A stretch of DNA of 64,000 nt from an uncultured Fusicatenibacter sp. (GCA_902493585.1 CABUPZ010000003.1:19288-83287); one strand, 5' to 3'. Shown: positions 9,492 through 19,142, counted from the stretch's first letter. The notes: generated from the letters alone by a model not told the origin. Made by a program: numbers and translations.

Positions 9492-10913
9492 ATGCAGATA
9501 GATTATAAGAGGGATCTGAATCACAACTATATGATTATTCGAGAGGAAGGAGAGCCGGATGCGGCGTCGTATCAGATCAGGATGCTTCAGACGAATTCCA
9601 TTACGGGAATTCTGGAATGCCGCATTCACAAGATGGACAATCATACATTGTTTTACTATGATATCACTTCCAGACAGTCGCTGAGCGCGGTGTATGAACA
9701 TCAGCAGGTAGGATGCAGCTTTCTGAAAATGCTGTTTCAGGAAATTGTCAAGGTGCTCGAAGAACTGGGAAGTTATCTTCTGGACCCGGAGGGCCTCATC
9801 CTTACCCCGAATACCGTCTATCTGACGGCGGAGCCATTGCAGTTCAGCTTCTGTTATCTTCCGGGAGAAAAACATTCCGTGAACAATCAGCTGAGAGAAC
9901 TGATGGAGTATCTGCTTCCCAAACTGAATCACCAGGAGCCGGAAACGGTAGTGCTGGGATATGGCCTGTATAAGGCGGTGACGGAGGAAGACTGCCCGCT
10001 GGATCAGATCCGGGGCGTACTTCTGCGGGAACCTCAGGTTCCGGTACAGGAGGAACCTTTCGCTCAGGAAAAGCAGGAAGCGGAGGAACAGAAGGAAGGT
10101 ATGAGAAAGAAAGCCATGGAATCCTTTTTTACGGAAGAGGAGGAAGAAGAAAAGGAAAGCGGAATCTGGACATTTGCAGTGTTCCTTGGCGGAGCGGCTG
10201 TTTTGGGTCTGGTGCTGTATCTGATGTACTTTACCCGGGTGCCTGTAGTTATGTATCTGATCCTGTTGGCTGCGGCGGGTGTTTCCATCCTTGTGATTTC
10301 CGCCTGGCTGAGAAAAAAGGACCGGGAAGATGCGGAAAAGGAGATGAAGCCGTTCTTGGAAGGGGAAAAAGAGACGAAGCCGTCTCTGGAAGTAGAAAAA
10401 GAGGCAGAACCGTTTTTGAAAAAGGCTCAGGAAGAACCGGAATTTCAGCTTCTTTCCCATCGGTTTTCTGTTGAAGAAACACGTGAGGGTGGAAAAGCTT
10501 TTTCTGCACAGGAACCGAAAATCCTTTCCGCGCAGGCAAGGCAGGAAAGAAAACCGGTTTCGGATCAGCTACTGTATCAGAAAACGGAACCCCTCTACCG
10601 GAAGCCCAGGGAAAACCGATTCCGTCTGGTGCCGGTTTCTGCCCCGGACCTCCCGGAAATCGTGATTTCTCAGGAGGAGACAACCATAGGAAAGCTGCAG
10701 ACGGCGGCGGACATGGTAATCCCGTTTCCTACCGTCAGCAGGCTTCATGCGAAACTTCACTGCGCGCAGGGAATCTGTCTTCTGACCGATCTGAATTCCT
10801 GCAATGGAACTTATGTCAATGGCACCCCATTGGAAGGGGATATTCCAAGAAAACTGGAAAGCGGGGACGAGATCACCTTTGCGGATATTACCTATCAGTT
10901 TCTGGAAAAATAG
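9492..10913 (+). CDS. membrane protein with DUF6382-like N-terminal domain and C-terminal FHA domain
   Basis: YKRDLNHNYMI..YQIRML..YYDITSRQSL N-domain, two TM helices, FHA motifs IGK..VSRLHA..DLNSCNGTYVNG..GDEI. Confidence 0.85.
   Translation: MQIDYKRDLNHNYMIIREEGEPDAASYQIRMLQTNSITGILECRIHKMDNHTLFYYDITSRQSLSAVYEHQQVGCSFLKMLFQEIVKVLEELGSYLLDPEGLILTPNTVYLTAEPLQFSFCYLPGEKHSVNNQLRELMEYLLPKLNHQEPETVVLGYGLYKAVTEEDCPLDQIRGVLLREPQVPVQEEPFAQEKQEAEEQKEGMRKKAMESFFTEEEEEEKESGIWTFAVFLGGAAVLGLVLYLMYFTRVPVVMYLILLAAAGVSILVISAWLRKKDREDAEKEMKPFLEGEKETKPSLEVEKEAEPFLKKAQEEPEFQLLSHRFSVEETREGGKAFSAQEPKILSAQARQERKPVSDQLLYQKTEPLYRKPRENRFRLVPVSAPDLPEIVISQEETTIGKLQTAADMVIPFPTVSRLHAKLHCAQGICLLTDLNSCNGTYVNGTPLEGDIPRKLESGDEITFADITYQFLEK
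10335..10424 (+). repeat. 3 x 30-bp imperfect coding tandem repeat (EKE-x-x-P-x-L)
   Basis: gaaaaggagatgaagccgttcttggaaggg / gaaaaagagacgaagccgtctctggaagta / gaaaaagaggcagaaccgtttttgaaaaag. Confidence 0.8.
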
Positions 10914-10923
10914 AACTCCAGGC

Positions 10924-10951
10924 GTAACAGTTCAGCTGGCTGAACCGTTGC
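10924..10951. repeat. 28-bp REP-like palindrome copy
   Basis: GTAACAGTTCAGCTGGCTGAACCGTTGC, just after the tad operon stop. Confidence 0.8.
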
Positions 10952-11061
10952 CTTCAGGCACTGCTGCCTGGGACAATAAGTGAAAAAAGGATAAACAGCC
11001 CGTAAAACCTTGCAATCGGAAAGTCCATCTCCTATAATGAAAACAATCGGAAAGAAGGAAT

Positions 11062-11736
11062 ATGGGAGAGAGAACGATGAACCAACAGGATTATTATAAT
11101 CTCAACGAGGATTTTATTGAACGGATGCTGAGAAATCCTAAAAACGTATGGAACCTGATCATGATAGCTGCCAACGTTCTAATCTTTGTGTTGGTGACCG
11201 TCACAGGCGGAAGCAGCGATATAGAAAACATGATCCGCTGGGGCGCCGCATATACACCGCTGATCCAGGCAGGTGAAACCTACCGCCTGTTTACCAGTAT
11301 GTTTCTGCATTTTGGCATCAGCCACCTGTTCAACAATATGCTGCTGCTTTTGTTTGTAGGGGATTATCTGGAAAAGACGGTGGGAAAACCAGTGTACCTG
11401 GCCGTGTACATGCTTGGGGGACTGGCGGGCAACGTATGTTCCTATCGATATGAAATTTCGGAAGGAAGAGCGGTCGTTTCCGCAGGCGCCTCCGGGGCAA
11501 TTTTTGCGGTTCTTGGGGCGATCGTGATACTGCTGATCTTGAACAAAGGCCGGCTGGAAGATCTTTCTCTGCGGAGGGTCTGCCTGATGGTTGTGCTTAC
11601 TTTACTGGTGGGCTTTCAGTCGAGCAATGTAGATAATTATGCACACATCGGCGGATTTGTCGGAGGAATGGCAGTGATGCTGATCCTGTCGCCGGTTTAC
11701 CTGATGCAGAGAAAAAAACAGAAGAAAAATTGGTGA
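11062..11736 (+). CDS. rhomboid family intramembrane serine protease
   Basis: YRLFTSMFLH, HLFNNM, GASGA, AHIGG motifs; start may be 11077. Confidence 0.92.
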   Translation: MGERTMNQQDYYNLNEDFIERMLRNPKNVWNLIMIAANVLIFVLVTVTGGSSDIENMIRWGAAYTPLIQAGETYRLFTSMFLHFGISHLFNNMLLLLFVGDYLEKTVGKPVYLAVYMLGGLAGNVCSYRYEISEGRAVVSAGASGAIFAVLGAIVILLILNKGRLEDLSLRRVCLMVVLTLLVGFQSSNVDNYAHIGGFVGGMAVMLILSPVYLMQRKKQKKNW

Positions 11737-11801
11737 GAAAAAACAGCATGTTCAAAAGGAACGGATAACGAGTGTTCCTTTTTGAACATGCTGTTTTTTT
11801 C
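11737..11801. terminator. bidirectional intrinsic terminator
   Basis: gaaaaaacagcatgttcaaaaggaac...gttcctttttgaacatgctgtttttttc between convergent genes. Confidence 0.8.
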
Positions 11802-11827
11802 GAAGGAAATGAGTCGGATGGCAGATT

Positions 11828-12502
11828 TTATGCCACCGGAAGCAAAACAGTAAAAGTTGTTCCTTCGCCTGGAACAGATTCTGCGGAAATGGAACCGCGG
11901 TGAGCGGTGACGATCTCCTTGCAGATCGCGAGACCAAGACCGGTTCCGTTCTTTTTATGAGTCACAAAAAGGTCGAACAGAGTCGGCAGATATTCTTCCG
12001 GAATCCCGCAGCCGGTGTCTTCCACTTGGATGGAGACAAAATCGCCGTCACAGGAGAGGCGGATATGGATCGTGCCGCCGTCAGGCATAGACTCCGCCGC
12101 GTTGCGGATCAGGTTTGAGATCAGCTGCTGAAATTTTATCTTGTCGATGGGAATTCTCGGCACAGCCGTTTCTTTTGAGAGCTGAAGCTCAATCCCCTGT
12201 GATTCCAGCAGGGCAGCGGCAGATGCGGTAAGATCCTGAAGGAGAAGGTACGGATTGGTATCTTCCGTATTGGCGGTATGGGAATGATTGTACGTGGACA
12301 GTTCATCCAACAGTCCTTTCAGAAATTCCATATTTTCTTCGATTTTCAGAAAACAATTATCATCTTTCAGTTCCGGATGATTGACAGCCAGAAGCTGCAG
12401 AAAGCTGTTGATCAGTGCAACAGGATTTCGTATTTCATGAGATACTTTTGAAAGCAGCAGATACGTTTCGTTGTCTGCGTAAGATTGTGGTTGTCTGAGC
12501 AT
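11828..12502 (-). CDS. orphan soluble histidine kinase (HisKA + HATPase only)
   Basis: SHEIRNP, NLIRNA, DTGCGI, GTGLGL boxes; ATG 12502 after AAGGAAGG; no TM or sensor domain. Confidence 0.9.
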   Translation of the reverse strand: MLRQPQSYADNETYLLLSKVSHEIRNPVALINSFLQLLAVNHPELKDDNCFLKIEENMEFLKGLLDELSTYNHSHTANTEDTNPYLLLQDLTASAAALLESQGIELQLSKETAVPRIPIDKIKFQQLISNLIRNAAESMPDGGTIHIRLSCDGDFVSIQVEDTGCGIPEEYLPTLFDLFVTHKKNGTGLGLAICKEIVTAHRGSISAESVPGEGTTFTVLLPVA

Positions 12503-12517
12503 TGCAAATCCTTCCTT

Positions 12518-12616
12518 AAGAATATGGCAATGAAAAAGGTATTGCATATTCTTTCAAAACCGTTTAAAGTGTAACACTTTTGAAAGAATATGGCAATGAA
12601 AAAGGTATTGCATATT
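12518..12616. repeat. two exact 33-bp direct repeats separated by 33 bp
   Basis: AAGAATATGGCAATGAAAAAGGTATTGCATATT at 12518-12550 and 12584-12616. Confidence 0.95.
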
Positions 12617-12772
12617 TCACACAAATAAGACAAAATAGTGGAAAAGGCGATGGGCAATGCATTGTTCATTTGCCCGGAGTGTGCTATAGTAACAGATAAG
12701 AGGCGCCCCGAAGTCACCGGGCATTGCGTCAGCGGTAACCAACGGCGTCATGATTGACAGGAGGGAAAGAAA

Positions 12773-13180
12773 ATGGATTGTATTTTTTGTAAACTGGCAG
12801 GCGGAGAGATTCCAACCGCGACTTTGTATGAAGACGATGATTTTCGTGTAATCCTGGATCAGGGTCCTGCGACGAAAGGACATGCATTGATCCTTCCGAA
12901 AAAACATTATGCAAATATTTATGAACTTCCGGAAGAAGTGGCAGCGCGCGCGATGGTGCTGGCAAAGAAAATGGCGGGAGTCATGACGGAAGCGCTGAAA
13001 TGCGACGGATTCAACCTGGTTCAGAATAACGGTGAGGCGGCAGGCCAGACGGTCTTCCATTTTCATCTTCATCTGATTCCCCGCTATCAGAATGACAATG
13101 CGGGAATCACATGGAAACCGGGAACCCTTGAGGAGAGCGTTAAGGAAGAGATCCTTGCTGCAGTAAAAGAAAAAATGTGA
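12773..13180 (+). CDS. HIT family protein
   Basis: MDCIFCK N-terminus; GQTVFHFHLHLIPR HxHxH motif. Confidence 0.95.
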   Translation: MDCIFCKLAGGEIPTATLYEDDDFRVILDQGPATKGHALILPKKHYANIYELPEEVAARAMVLAKKMAGVMTEALKCDGFNLVQNNGEAAGQTVFHFHLHLIPRYQNDNAGITWKPGTLEESVKEEILAAVKEKM

Positions 13181-13188
13181 AAAAATTG

Positions 13189-13227
13189 CCGGATGGGGAC
13201 GGCGTTGAATGGCCTGTCCTCATCCGG
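13189..13227. terminator. hairpin/terminator between convergent hit and murG
   Basis: ccggatggggac...gtcctcatccgg. Confidence 0.55.
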
Positions 13228-13235
13228 TAAAGATT

Positions 13236-13263
13236 GCTGCTGTTCACAGCTGTGAACGGCAGT
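13236..13263. repeat. 28-bp REP-like palindrome, variant copy
   Basis: GCTGCTGTTCACAGCTGTGAACGGCAGT. Confidence 0.55.
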
Positions 13264-13270
13264 GAAAGTT

Positions 13271-14335
13271 TTATTTCTGGCATTCCTGGATCAATGCGAT
13301 GATTTTCTCAATAGAATCGGTATGGCCGCTCTGAGACATTGCGTCGATATAGGTCTGACGGTTCTGATAGAGATGGTGCACTGCATCCAGAAGTTTTTCC
13401 GGTGTCAGTTCCTCTTCCTCAAGAACCATGCTGTAGCCCTGCTTTTCAAAAGAGCGTGCATTTAAAATCTGGTCGCCGCGGCTGGCGTTGGCAGAGAGCG
13501 GAATCAGAAGATTCGGCTTGGCGAGGGAACTGATCTCGCAGATCGCGTTGGCGCCGGCTCTTGAAATGATCACGTCGGCAAGGGCGAACAGATCCGGCAG
13601 TTCTTTTTTGATGTATTCAAACTGCACATAGCCTTCGGTATTCTGCAGAGACGGATCCAGTTTGTCTTTTCCGCAAAGATGAATCACCTGGAAATCTTTC
13701 AGAAGATCCGGAAGAACCTGGCGCACCGCGTTGTTCACCGCCACAGAGCCGAGACTACCACCGATCACGAGGATGACCGGTTTGTTTGCGGTAAAGTTAC
13801 AGAACTTCAGCGCCTGAAGTTTATTTCCGGAAAGGAGCTCCTGGCGGATCGGTGTACCGGTCAGAACGGCTTTGTTGGCAGGAAGACAGCTGACCGTTTC
13901 AGGGAAATTACAGCAGATTTTGGAAGCTGCCGGGATACAAAGCTTATTGGCAAGGCCGGGCGTCATATCCGATTCGTGGATGATCGCCGGGATTTTTCTG
14001 CGCTTTGCGGCGATAACCACCGGAACAGTGACGAAGCCGCCTTTGGAAAACACAATATCCGGCTTCAGCTGTTTCAGCAGCTTGCTTGCCTCCGCAAAGC
14101 CTTTGAGCACACGGAAAGGGTCTGAGAAGTTCTTCGGGTCAAAATAGCGGCGCAGTTTTCCGGATGAAATGCCGTAATAAGGAATATTCAAATCTTCGAT
14201 TAATTTTTTTTCGATTCCGTCATAGGAGCCGATATAGGAAATCTGATATCCCAGCTCCTGGAGGCGCGGAATCAACGCAATATTTGGTGTAACATGGCCG
14301 GCAGTACCGCCGCCAGTGAGTACAATATGTTTCAT
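13271..14335 (-). CDS. murG: undecaprenyl-PP-MurNAc-pentapeptide GlcNAc transferase
   Basis: [33 protein letters not shown] motifs. Confidence 0.96.
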   Translation of the reverse strand: MKHIVLTGGGTAGHVTPNIALIPRLQELGYQISYIGSYDGIEKKLIEDLNIPYYGISSGKLRRYFDPKNFSDPFRVLKGFAEASKLLKQLKPDIVFSKGGFVTVPVVIAAKRRKIPAIIHESDMTPGLANKLCIPAASKICCNFPETVSCLPANKAVLTGTPIRQELLSGNKLQALKFCNFTANKPVILVIGGSLGSVAVNNAVRQVLPDLLKDFQVIHLCGKDKLDPSLQNTEGYVQFEYIKKELPDLFALADVIISRAGANAICEISSLAKPNLLIPLSANASRGDQILNARSFEKQGYSMVLEEEELTPEKLLDAVHHLYQNRQTYIDAMSQSGHTDSIEKIIALIQECQK

Positions 14336-14425
14336 GCAAATTCCTCCCTGTGGTTTGTCGTGCTTTTATTATCACCTGCTGTTATAAAAAAGTCAAGCCA
14401 TCCATAAGCGGAACAGGAACAGTAC

Positions 14426-14452
14426 GTGACCGTTCAGTGTGTGAATGGTCGC
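14426..14452. repeat. REP-like palindrome, degenerate copy
   Basis: GTGACCGTTCAGTGTGTGAATGGTCGC. Confidence 0.5.
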
Positions 14453-14474
14453 ACAGTTAGAGGTGAGTTTTGGA

Positions 14475-15494
14475 ATGAATGAGAAGGAAAACAAAAACGA
14501 ACAGAAAAATTCAGTAGTTGAAGCGATGCTCCGCGCCAGAGAAAAGGAAATGCAGCAGCCTCCGGCAGACGAAGAACTCCCCGGTCTTACCTCAGAGGAA
14601 TATGATGATATGTATCTGAAAATTATCGGGAGGCTGAAGGCGGAAGGGCTGATGCAGGAGGAAGCTGCGGAGGACAGCGAGAGGGAGGCGGCGGATACAG
14701 GGAAAGAAAACGTCTCCGGGGTCGCGGCGTTCGAGGAAGCGGCTGAGAAGAAAAAGGCTGAGACAACGGAGAAAGTTCCGGTAAAGGTAGAAGAAACCAC
14801 GGAAGAAAAGATACAAAAAGAACCTGAGACAGTGACGGAAGAGAAACCTGTGGAAAAAGCTGCTGAGAAACGTGCAGCCAGTTACCGTCCGGCAAAGATC
14901 CGCTGGTTCCAGAAAAGAGCCGCAAAAGTCGCCTGCGTATGTCTGGTTGCTGCAGCCGCGATGTTCGGACTTTCCATGACCAGTGAAGCCAATCGCTTGC
15001 GACTGCTCCAGACGGCGAATGAAGTGCTGGGGACTGGGGATTTGTTGAAAGCGAATAATGGTGAGGATAGAGCGATGTCTGCGGGAAGTGAAGATGAAGC
15101 GAGACAGGAGATTACGGATACGCTGAATGTAGAGGTACCCGATTTTTATTACTTACCAGACGGCATGGAATATATGACATATGAATTAATTGACGACATT
15201 GGTTATGCAAAAATACATTATTCGTATAAAAAGGGTTTTCTTTATCTAGAAATATCAAACAGTCTTTCAGATATGTCACAGGGAAGTATCAAACAAAATC
15301 AGGAAAATGAGGATGAAGTAGAAGAAATAGAGACATTAAGTGGAAAGATGAACTTCGAAATAAAAAATATAGAGAATGGTAAAGAGCAATATACTGCCAG
15401 CTGGGAATATAAAAATGTATCTTATGTGTTTGGTGGTGAAATTTCTCGGCAAGAATTAGTAGAAGTTTTAAAAAATATTTCTTTTTCGATGTAA
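14475..15494 (+). CDS. single-pass membrane protein with C-terminal DUF4367-like domain (anti-sigma-like architecture)
   Basis: Acidic N-terminus, one TM (KVACVCLVAAAAMFGLSMTSEAN), VPDFYYLPDGMEY and YTASWEYKNVSYVFGGEISRQELVEVLKNI motifs. Confidence 0.7.
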   Translation: MNEKENKNEQKNSVVEAMLRAREKEMQQPPADEELPGLTSEEYDDMYLKIIGRLKAEGLMQEEAAEDSEREAADTGKENVSGVAAFEEAAEKKKAETTEKVPVKVEETTEEKIQKEPETVTEEKPVEKAAEKRAASYRPAKIRWFQKRAAKVACVCLVAAAAMFGLSMTSEANRLRLLQTANEVLGTGDLLKANNGEDRAMSAGSEDEARQEITDTLNVEVPDFYYLPDGMEYMTYELIDDIGYAKIHYSYKKGFLYLEISNSLSDMSQGSIKQNQENEDEVEEIETLSGKMNFEIKNIENGKEQYTASWEYKNVSYVFGGEISRQELVEVLKNISFSM

Positions 15495-15558
15495 CATTTT
15501 ATGTTTTCAACCGTATTATATTTATGTAGTGTAGAGAATCTAGAGGGAAGGAGGGAAG

Positions 15559-16059
15559 ATGAAAAAGACATTTGGTAAATGGGGATGTATTTTGGCAATG
15601 TTTATAGGTATTCTTACATTGTCTTTGAACGAAAAGACTGTTTATGCGGAGGAGCCAAAATATTTGGGCAATGTTGTTGACGGCTCAGTATTGACAGATG
15701 AGAATGAAGCGGAAGATCTCCAACAGACCAGATTAAGAAACAGTTATTTATATCAGGGCTTTGTAAAAATAACAAACAATGGAAACGGCGTGGTCGGCAT
15801 CGGCGGCAGTACAAGCTGTTTTGTAACTTGTGATGTTGTAAAGTTAAATTTATACCTGGAACGTTCAAAAGGTGATTCGAATTTTAGCAGTTATAAAAGT
15901 TTTACATATACTGCGAATAATACACATTCACTTACAAAAGGATTGTCCTATGCCGTAGAAAAAGGTTACTACTACCGTCTCCGCGGCTATCACTATGCAT
16001 CCAAAAACGGAAAAGCAGAGAACTTAGGTTCCCGCACTGACGGCATCTACATCGGCTAA
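15559..16059 (+). CDS. secreted protein, DUF6147-like
   Basis: Signal peptide ending VYA; VDGSVLT..RNSYL..GGST..KGYYYRLRGYH..TDGIYIG; family name recalled, not searched. Confidence 0.65.
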   Translation: MKKTFGKWGCILAMFIGILTLSLNEKTVYAEEPKYLGNVVDGSVLTDENEAEDLQQTRLRNSYLYQGFVKITNNGNGVVGIGGSTSCFVTCDVVKLNLYLERSKGDSNFSSYKSFTYTANNTHSLTKGLSYAVEKGYYYRLRGYHYASKNGKAENLGSRTDGIYIG

Positions 16060-16756
16060 ACATCATCCCATACATATCGTCTATGATCCTTTCGGGCTCT
16101 CTCGATCATATCCGATACAAATGAAAAAATCAGAAAGAACCAGGTGATGAATCCTGCAAAACAAAACTCTTAACACTACATTGCAGCGAGGAATCCAATT
16201 CCAAACAATAAAATCAAAAAAATACAAAAGAAAGAACCAAAATGGATCCAAAGCATGTGCGGGCTCTCGATCAGGGTTTTCATATCCAAACTCAATGATA
16301 AACGAAAACGCAGGAAAGAAAGTAGCTCAAGATCATGGATTAGGATAGGTTGTTTTTTTGTAACAGTTCCGGCAGGTCGAGCAGCCGGGACAAAATTTGT
16401 CGGTGTCAGGAAAAGGCATTCTCCGGAAGCAGCGGGCCAATCTGTTTCTGGGCAAATATCGCATACAATGAAAATATCCGGAGACCCCACGATGGATGCG
16501 ATTGAGATGCTATCCTGAAAACACAGCGAGGCTGTCATGCTATATCGTTCCGGTTAGCGTGGCAGCTTCGTTTTGCATATAAAATACTTCATCTTCCGGT
16601 GTCCGCGAATATTGCTCTGTGACCGTTCCGCTGCTTTTACCATCTTTTTCTTTATAAAAAATCCCACCATAAATTATCAGAAAATAAGACTGAAATATAT
16701 ACATTTCCCAAATTTTTGTATATAATGATAATAGATGATAAAAAAGCAGCATGATA

Positions 16757-16784
16757 ATAACCGTTCATCTGGCTGAACTATTGC
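16757..16784. repeat. 28-bp REP-like palindrome copy
   Basis: ATAACCGTTCATCTGGCTGAACTATTGC in the leader of the MBL gene. Confidence 0.7.
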
Positions 16785-16821
16785 ACATTACATCAGATTC
16801 AGACAAAAGGGGGCTTGAAGT

Positions 16822-18432
16822 ATGCGTATCACATTTTTGGGGGCAACACATGAAGTGACCGGGAGCTGCTATTATATCGAAGCAGCCGGAAAAAAGTTTC
16901 TGGTAGACTGCGGAATGGAGCAGGGGCCGAATCTGTATCAAAACAGTCCGCTGTCAGTCACGCCGTCTCAGTTGGATTTCGTATTGATCACACACGCGCA
17001 CATTGACCATTCCGGAAATCTTCCTATGATATATGCGCACGGTTTCCGGGGCGATGTATACATGACCGATGCGACCGTGGATCTGTGCAATATTATGCTC
17101 CGCGACAGCGCGCATATCCAGATGTCCGAGGCAGAGTGGAAGAACCGCAGAAACCGCCGGGCGGGAAAAGAAGAATACGTTTCGCCCTATACAATGGAAG
17201 ATGCATTGGGCGTGATCCAGCGTCTGGTGGGATTTCCGTACGATCAGAGAGTGGAACTTGCCGACGGTATCAAGGTACGATTTGTGGACGCGGGACATCT
17301 GCTGGGTTCCGCCAGCATCGAGCTTTGGCTTACCGAGGACGGAATAACGAAAAAACTGGTCTTCTCCGGAGATATCGGAAACGATAATCAGCCGCTGATC
17401 AACAATCCTCATTATATCAATGAAGCGGATTATGTGATCATGGAATCCACCTACGGGGACCGCAGCCACGGCGAACGTCCGGATTATGTGGCGGAGCTGG
17501 CGCGGATCATTCAGGAGACCTTCGATCAGGGCGGCAACGTCGTCATCCCGTCCTTCGCCGTGGGCAGGACGCAGGAGATGCTGTACTTCATCCGAGAGAT
17601 CAAGGAACGCAGGCTGGTGCAGGGATACGGAAATTTCCCCGTCTATGTGGACAGTCCGCTTGCGGTGGAAGCAACGAATATTTTCAAGGAACATGAAGCG
17701 GAATGCTACGACTCGGCGGCGGCCGAGCTGCTGGCGCAGGGGATCAACCCGATCCAGTTTCCGGGTCTGAAGCTTTCCATTACCTCGGATGAATCCAAGG
17801 CGATCAATCTTCACGAAGATCCGAAGGTTATCATCTCCGCCAGCGGCATGTGTGACGCCGGACGTATCAAGCATCATCTGAAACATAACCTGTGGAGAAA
17901 AGAGTGTACGATCCTGTTCGTCGGATATCAGGCGGCGGGAACCCTGGGACGCCATCTGCTTTCGGGAGCAGAGGACGCGAAGATTCTCGGTGAGGATGTT
18001 CATGTCAATGCAAAAATCTGTCAGCTTCCCGGTGTCAGCGGCCATGCGGACAACGAAGGTCTGATGCGCTGGGCGGGAAACTTTAAGGTAAGGCCGGAGC
18101 AGGTGTTTGTCACTCACGGTGAAGATAAGGTTACGGAACTTTTTGCCGCACGGCTGAGAAATGAATTGGGTTACCCGGCGGACGCGCCGTTTTCCGGCAC
18201 CGTCTACGATCTGGCTCATGGAGTTTATATTGAACGTACCAGAGGAATCCCGTATGAGAAGAAGGTTACTTCCACTTCCATTCGTGGAACCGGTAATCCT
18301 GTCTTTGACCGTCTGCTTGCGGCAGGCCAGAGGCTGCTGGCTGTGATCCAGAGAAATAAGGGCGGAGCCAATAAGGATCTGTCCAAGTTTGCGGATCAGA
18401 TCAACAGTCTTTGTGATAAATGGGACAGATAG
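16822..18432 (+). CDS. MBL-fold metallohydrolase, beta-CASP RNase family
   Basis: VTGSC, THAHIDHSG, AGHLLGS, SGDIG, MESTYG, FAVGRTQE, SGHAD, THGE motifs. Confidence 0.93.
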   Translation: MRITFLGATHEVTGSCYYIEAAGKKFLVDCGMEQGPNLYQNSPLSVTPSQLDFVLITHAHIDHSGNLPMIYAHGFRGDVYMTDATVDLCNIMLRDSAHIQMSEAEWKNRRNRRAGKEEYVSPYTMEDALGVIQRLVGFPYDQRVELADGIKVRFVDAGHLLGSASIELWLTEDGITKKLVFSGDIGNDNQPLINNPHYINEADYVIMESTYGDRSHGERPDYVAELARIIQETFDQGGNVVIPSFAVGRTQEMLYFIREIKERRLVQGYGNFPVYVDSPLAVEATNIFKEHEAECYDSAAAELLAQGINPIQFPGLKLSITSDESKAINLHEDPKVIISASGMCDAGRIKHHLKHNLWRKECTILFVGYQAAGTLGRHLLSGAEDAKILGEDVHVNAKICQLPGVSGHADNEGLMRWAGNFKVRPEQVFVTHGEDKVTELFAARLRNELGYPADAPFSGTVYDLAHGVYIERTRGIPYEKKVTSTSIRGTGNPVFDRLLAAGQRLLAVIQRNKGGANKDLSKFADQINSLCDKWDR

Positions 18433-18619
18433 GCAGAAAGTGAAATAGAAAAATAAATTGCAAGATAATAACAGGATAAATAGCAGCATAAAGAAGGAAA
18501 AAGAACGCTGTCATTTTCAAAAACAATCGTCTCCTTCCATTTCGAAAAAGGGGAAAGAGTATTTGAAGATGACAGCGTTCTTTTTATGCACAGAGGAAGA
18601 GAATGTATCCTATGAGTCT

Positions 18620-18862
18620 TTACTGCTTTGCAGCCTCCAGCGCTCTTGCCAGCTGATCCGGACATGAAGTTCCGCGTCCGTTGCAGTCTGTGCCTTTCAG
18701 ACGTTTGATCACTTCGTCTGCATCCATGCCTTCCACCAGAGAAGCGATGCCCTTGGTGTTGCCGTTGCATCCGCCGACAAACTGTACGTTGTGCAGCTTA
18801 TTGTCTTCGGTGATCTCGAATAAGATTTTGCGGGAACAGGTGCCTTTTGTTGTGTATTCCAT
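18620..18862 (-). CDS. TIGR03905-family TSCPD domain protein
   Basis: GTCSR..GGCNGN..CNGRGTSCPDQLA. Confidence 0.9.
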   Translation of the reverse strand: MEYTTKGTCSRKILFEITEDNKLHNVQFVGGCNGNTKGIASLVEGMDADEVIKRLKGTDCNGRGTSCPDQLARALEAAKQ

Positions 18863-18983
18863 GTTTGTTTGCCTCCTTTGCGTACTTCATCTAACATTTT
18901 TCTCCGGTATTATAACACGGAAAAGAAAAATATACCATAACTTCAAGAGATATGTTAAGATTATCCTGTGAAAAAAAGAGGTG

Positions 18984-19011
18984 GTAACTGTTCAGCTGGT
19001 TGAATGGTTAT
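18984..19011. repeat. 28-bp REP-like palindrome copy
   Basis: GTAACTGTTCAGCTGGTTGAATGGTTAT. Confidence 0.75.
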
Positions 19012-19142
19012 ATGTTTTGACTGCGGTTTTTGACTGTAGTGTTCAGAAACCGCGGGAACCGCAGCAGAAAGAGAAGAACATTGATACAGTGACTGCGCGC
19101 AGTCTGACAGTGACATGCGGCAGAGAAAGGAAGAGAAAAGAC

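Noticed and set aside
12518..12616. Mini CRISPR array (33-bp repeat, 33-bp spacer)
   Set aside because: Only two repeats, no cas genes or leader, and the spacer ends are part of the inverted symmetry; kept as a regulatory repeat.
19012..19142. SAM/SAH riboswitch upstream of mtnN
   Set aside because: A CTGCGGTTT/AACCGCAG stem and TGACTG repeats exist, but no SAM-I or SAH consensus core.
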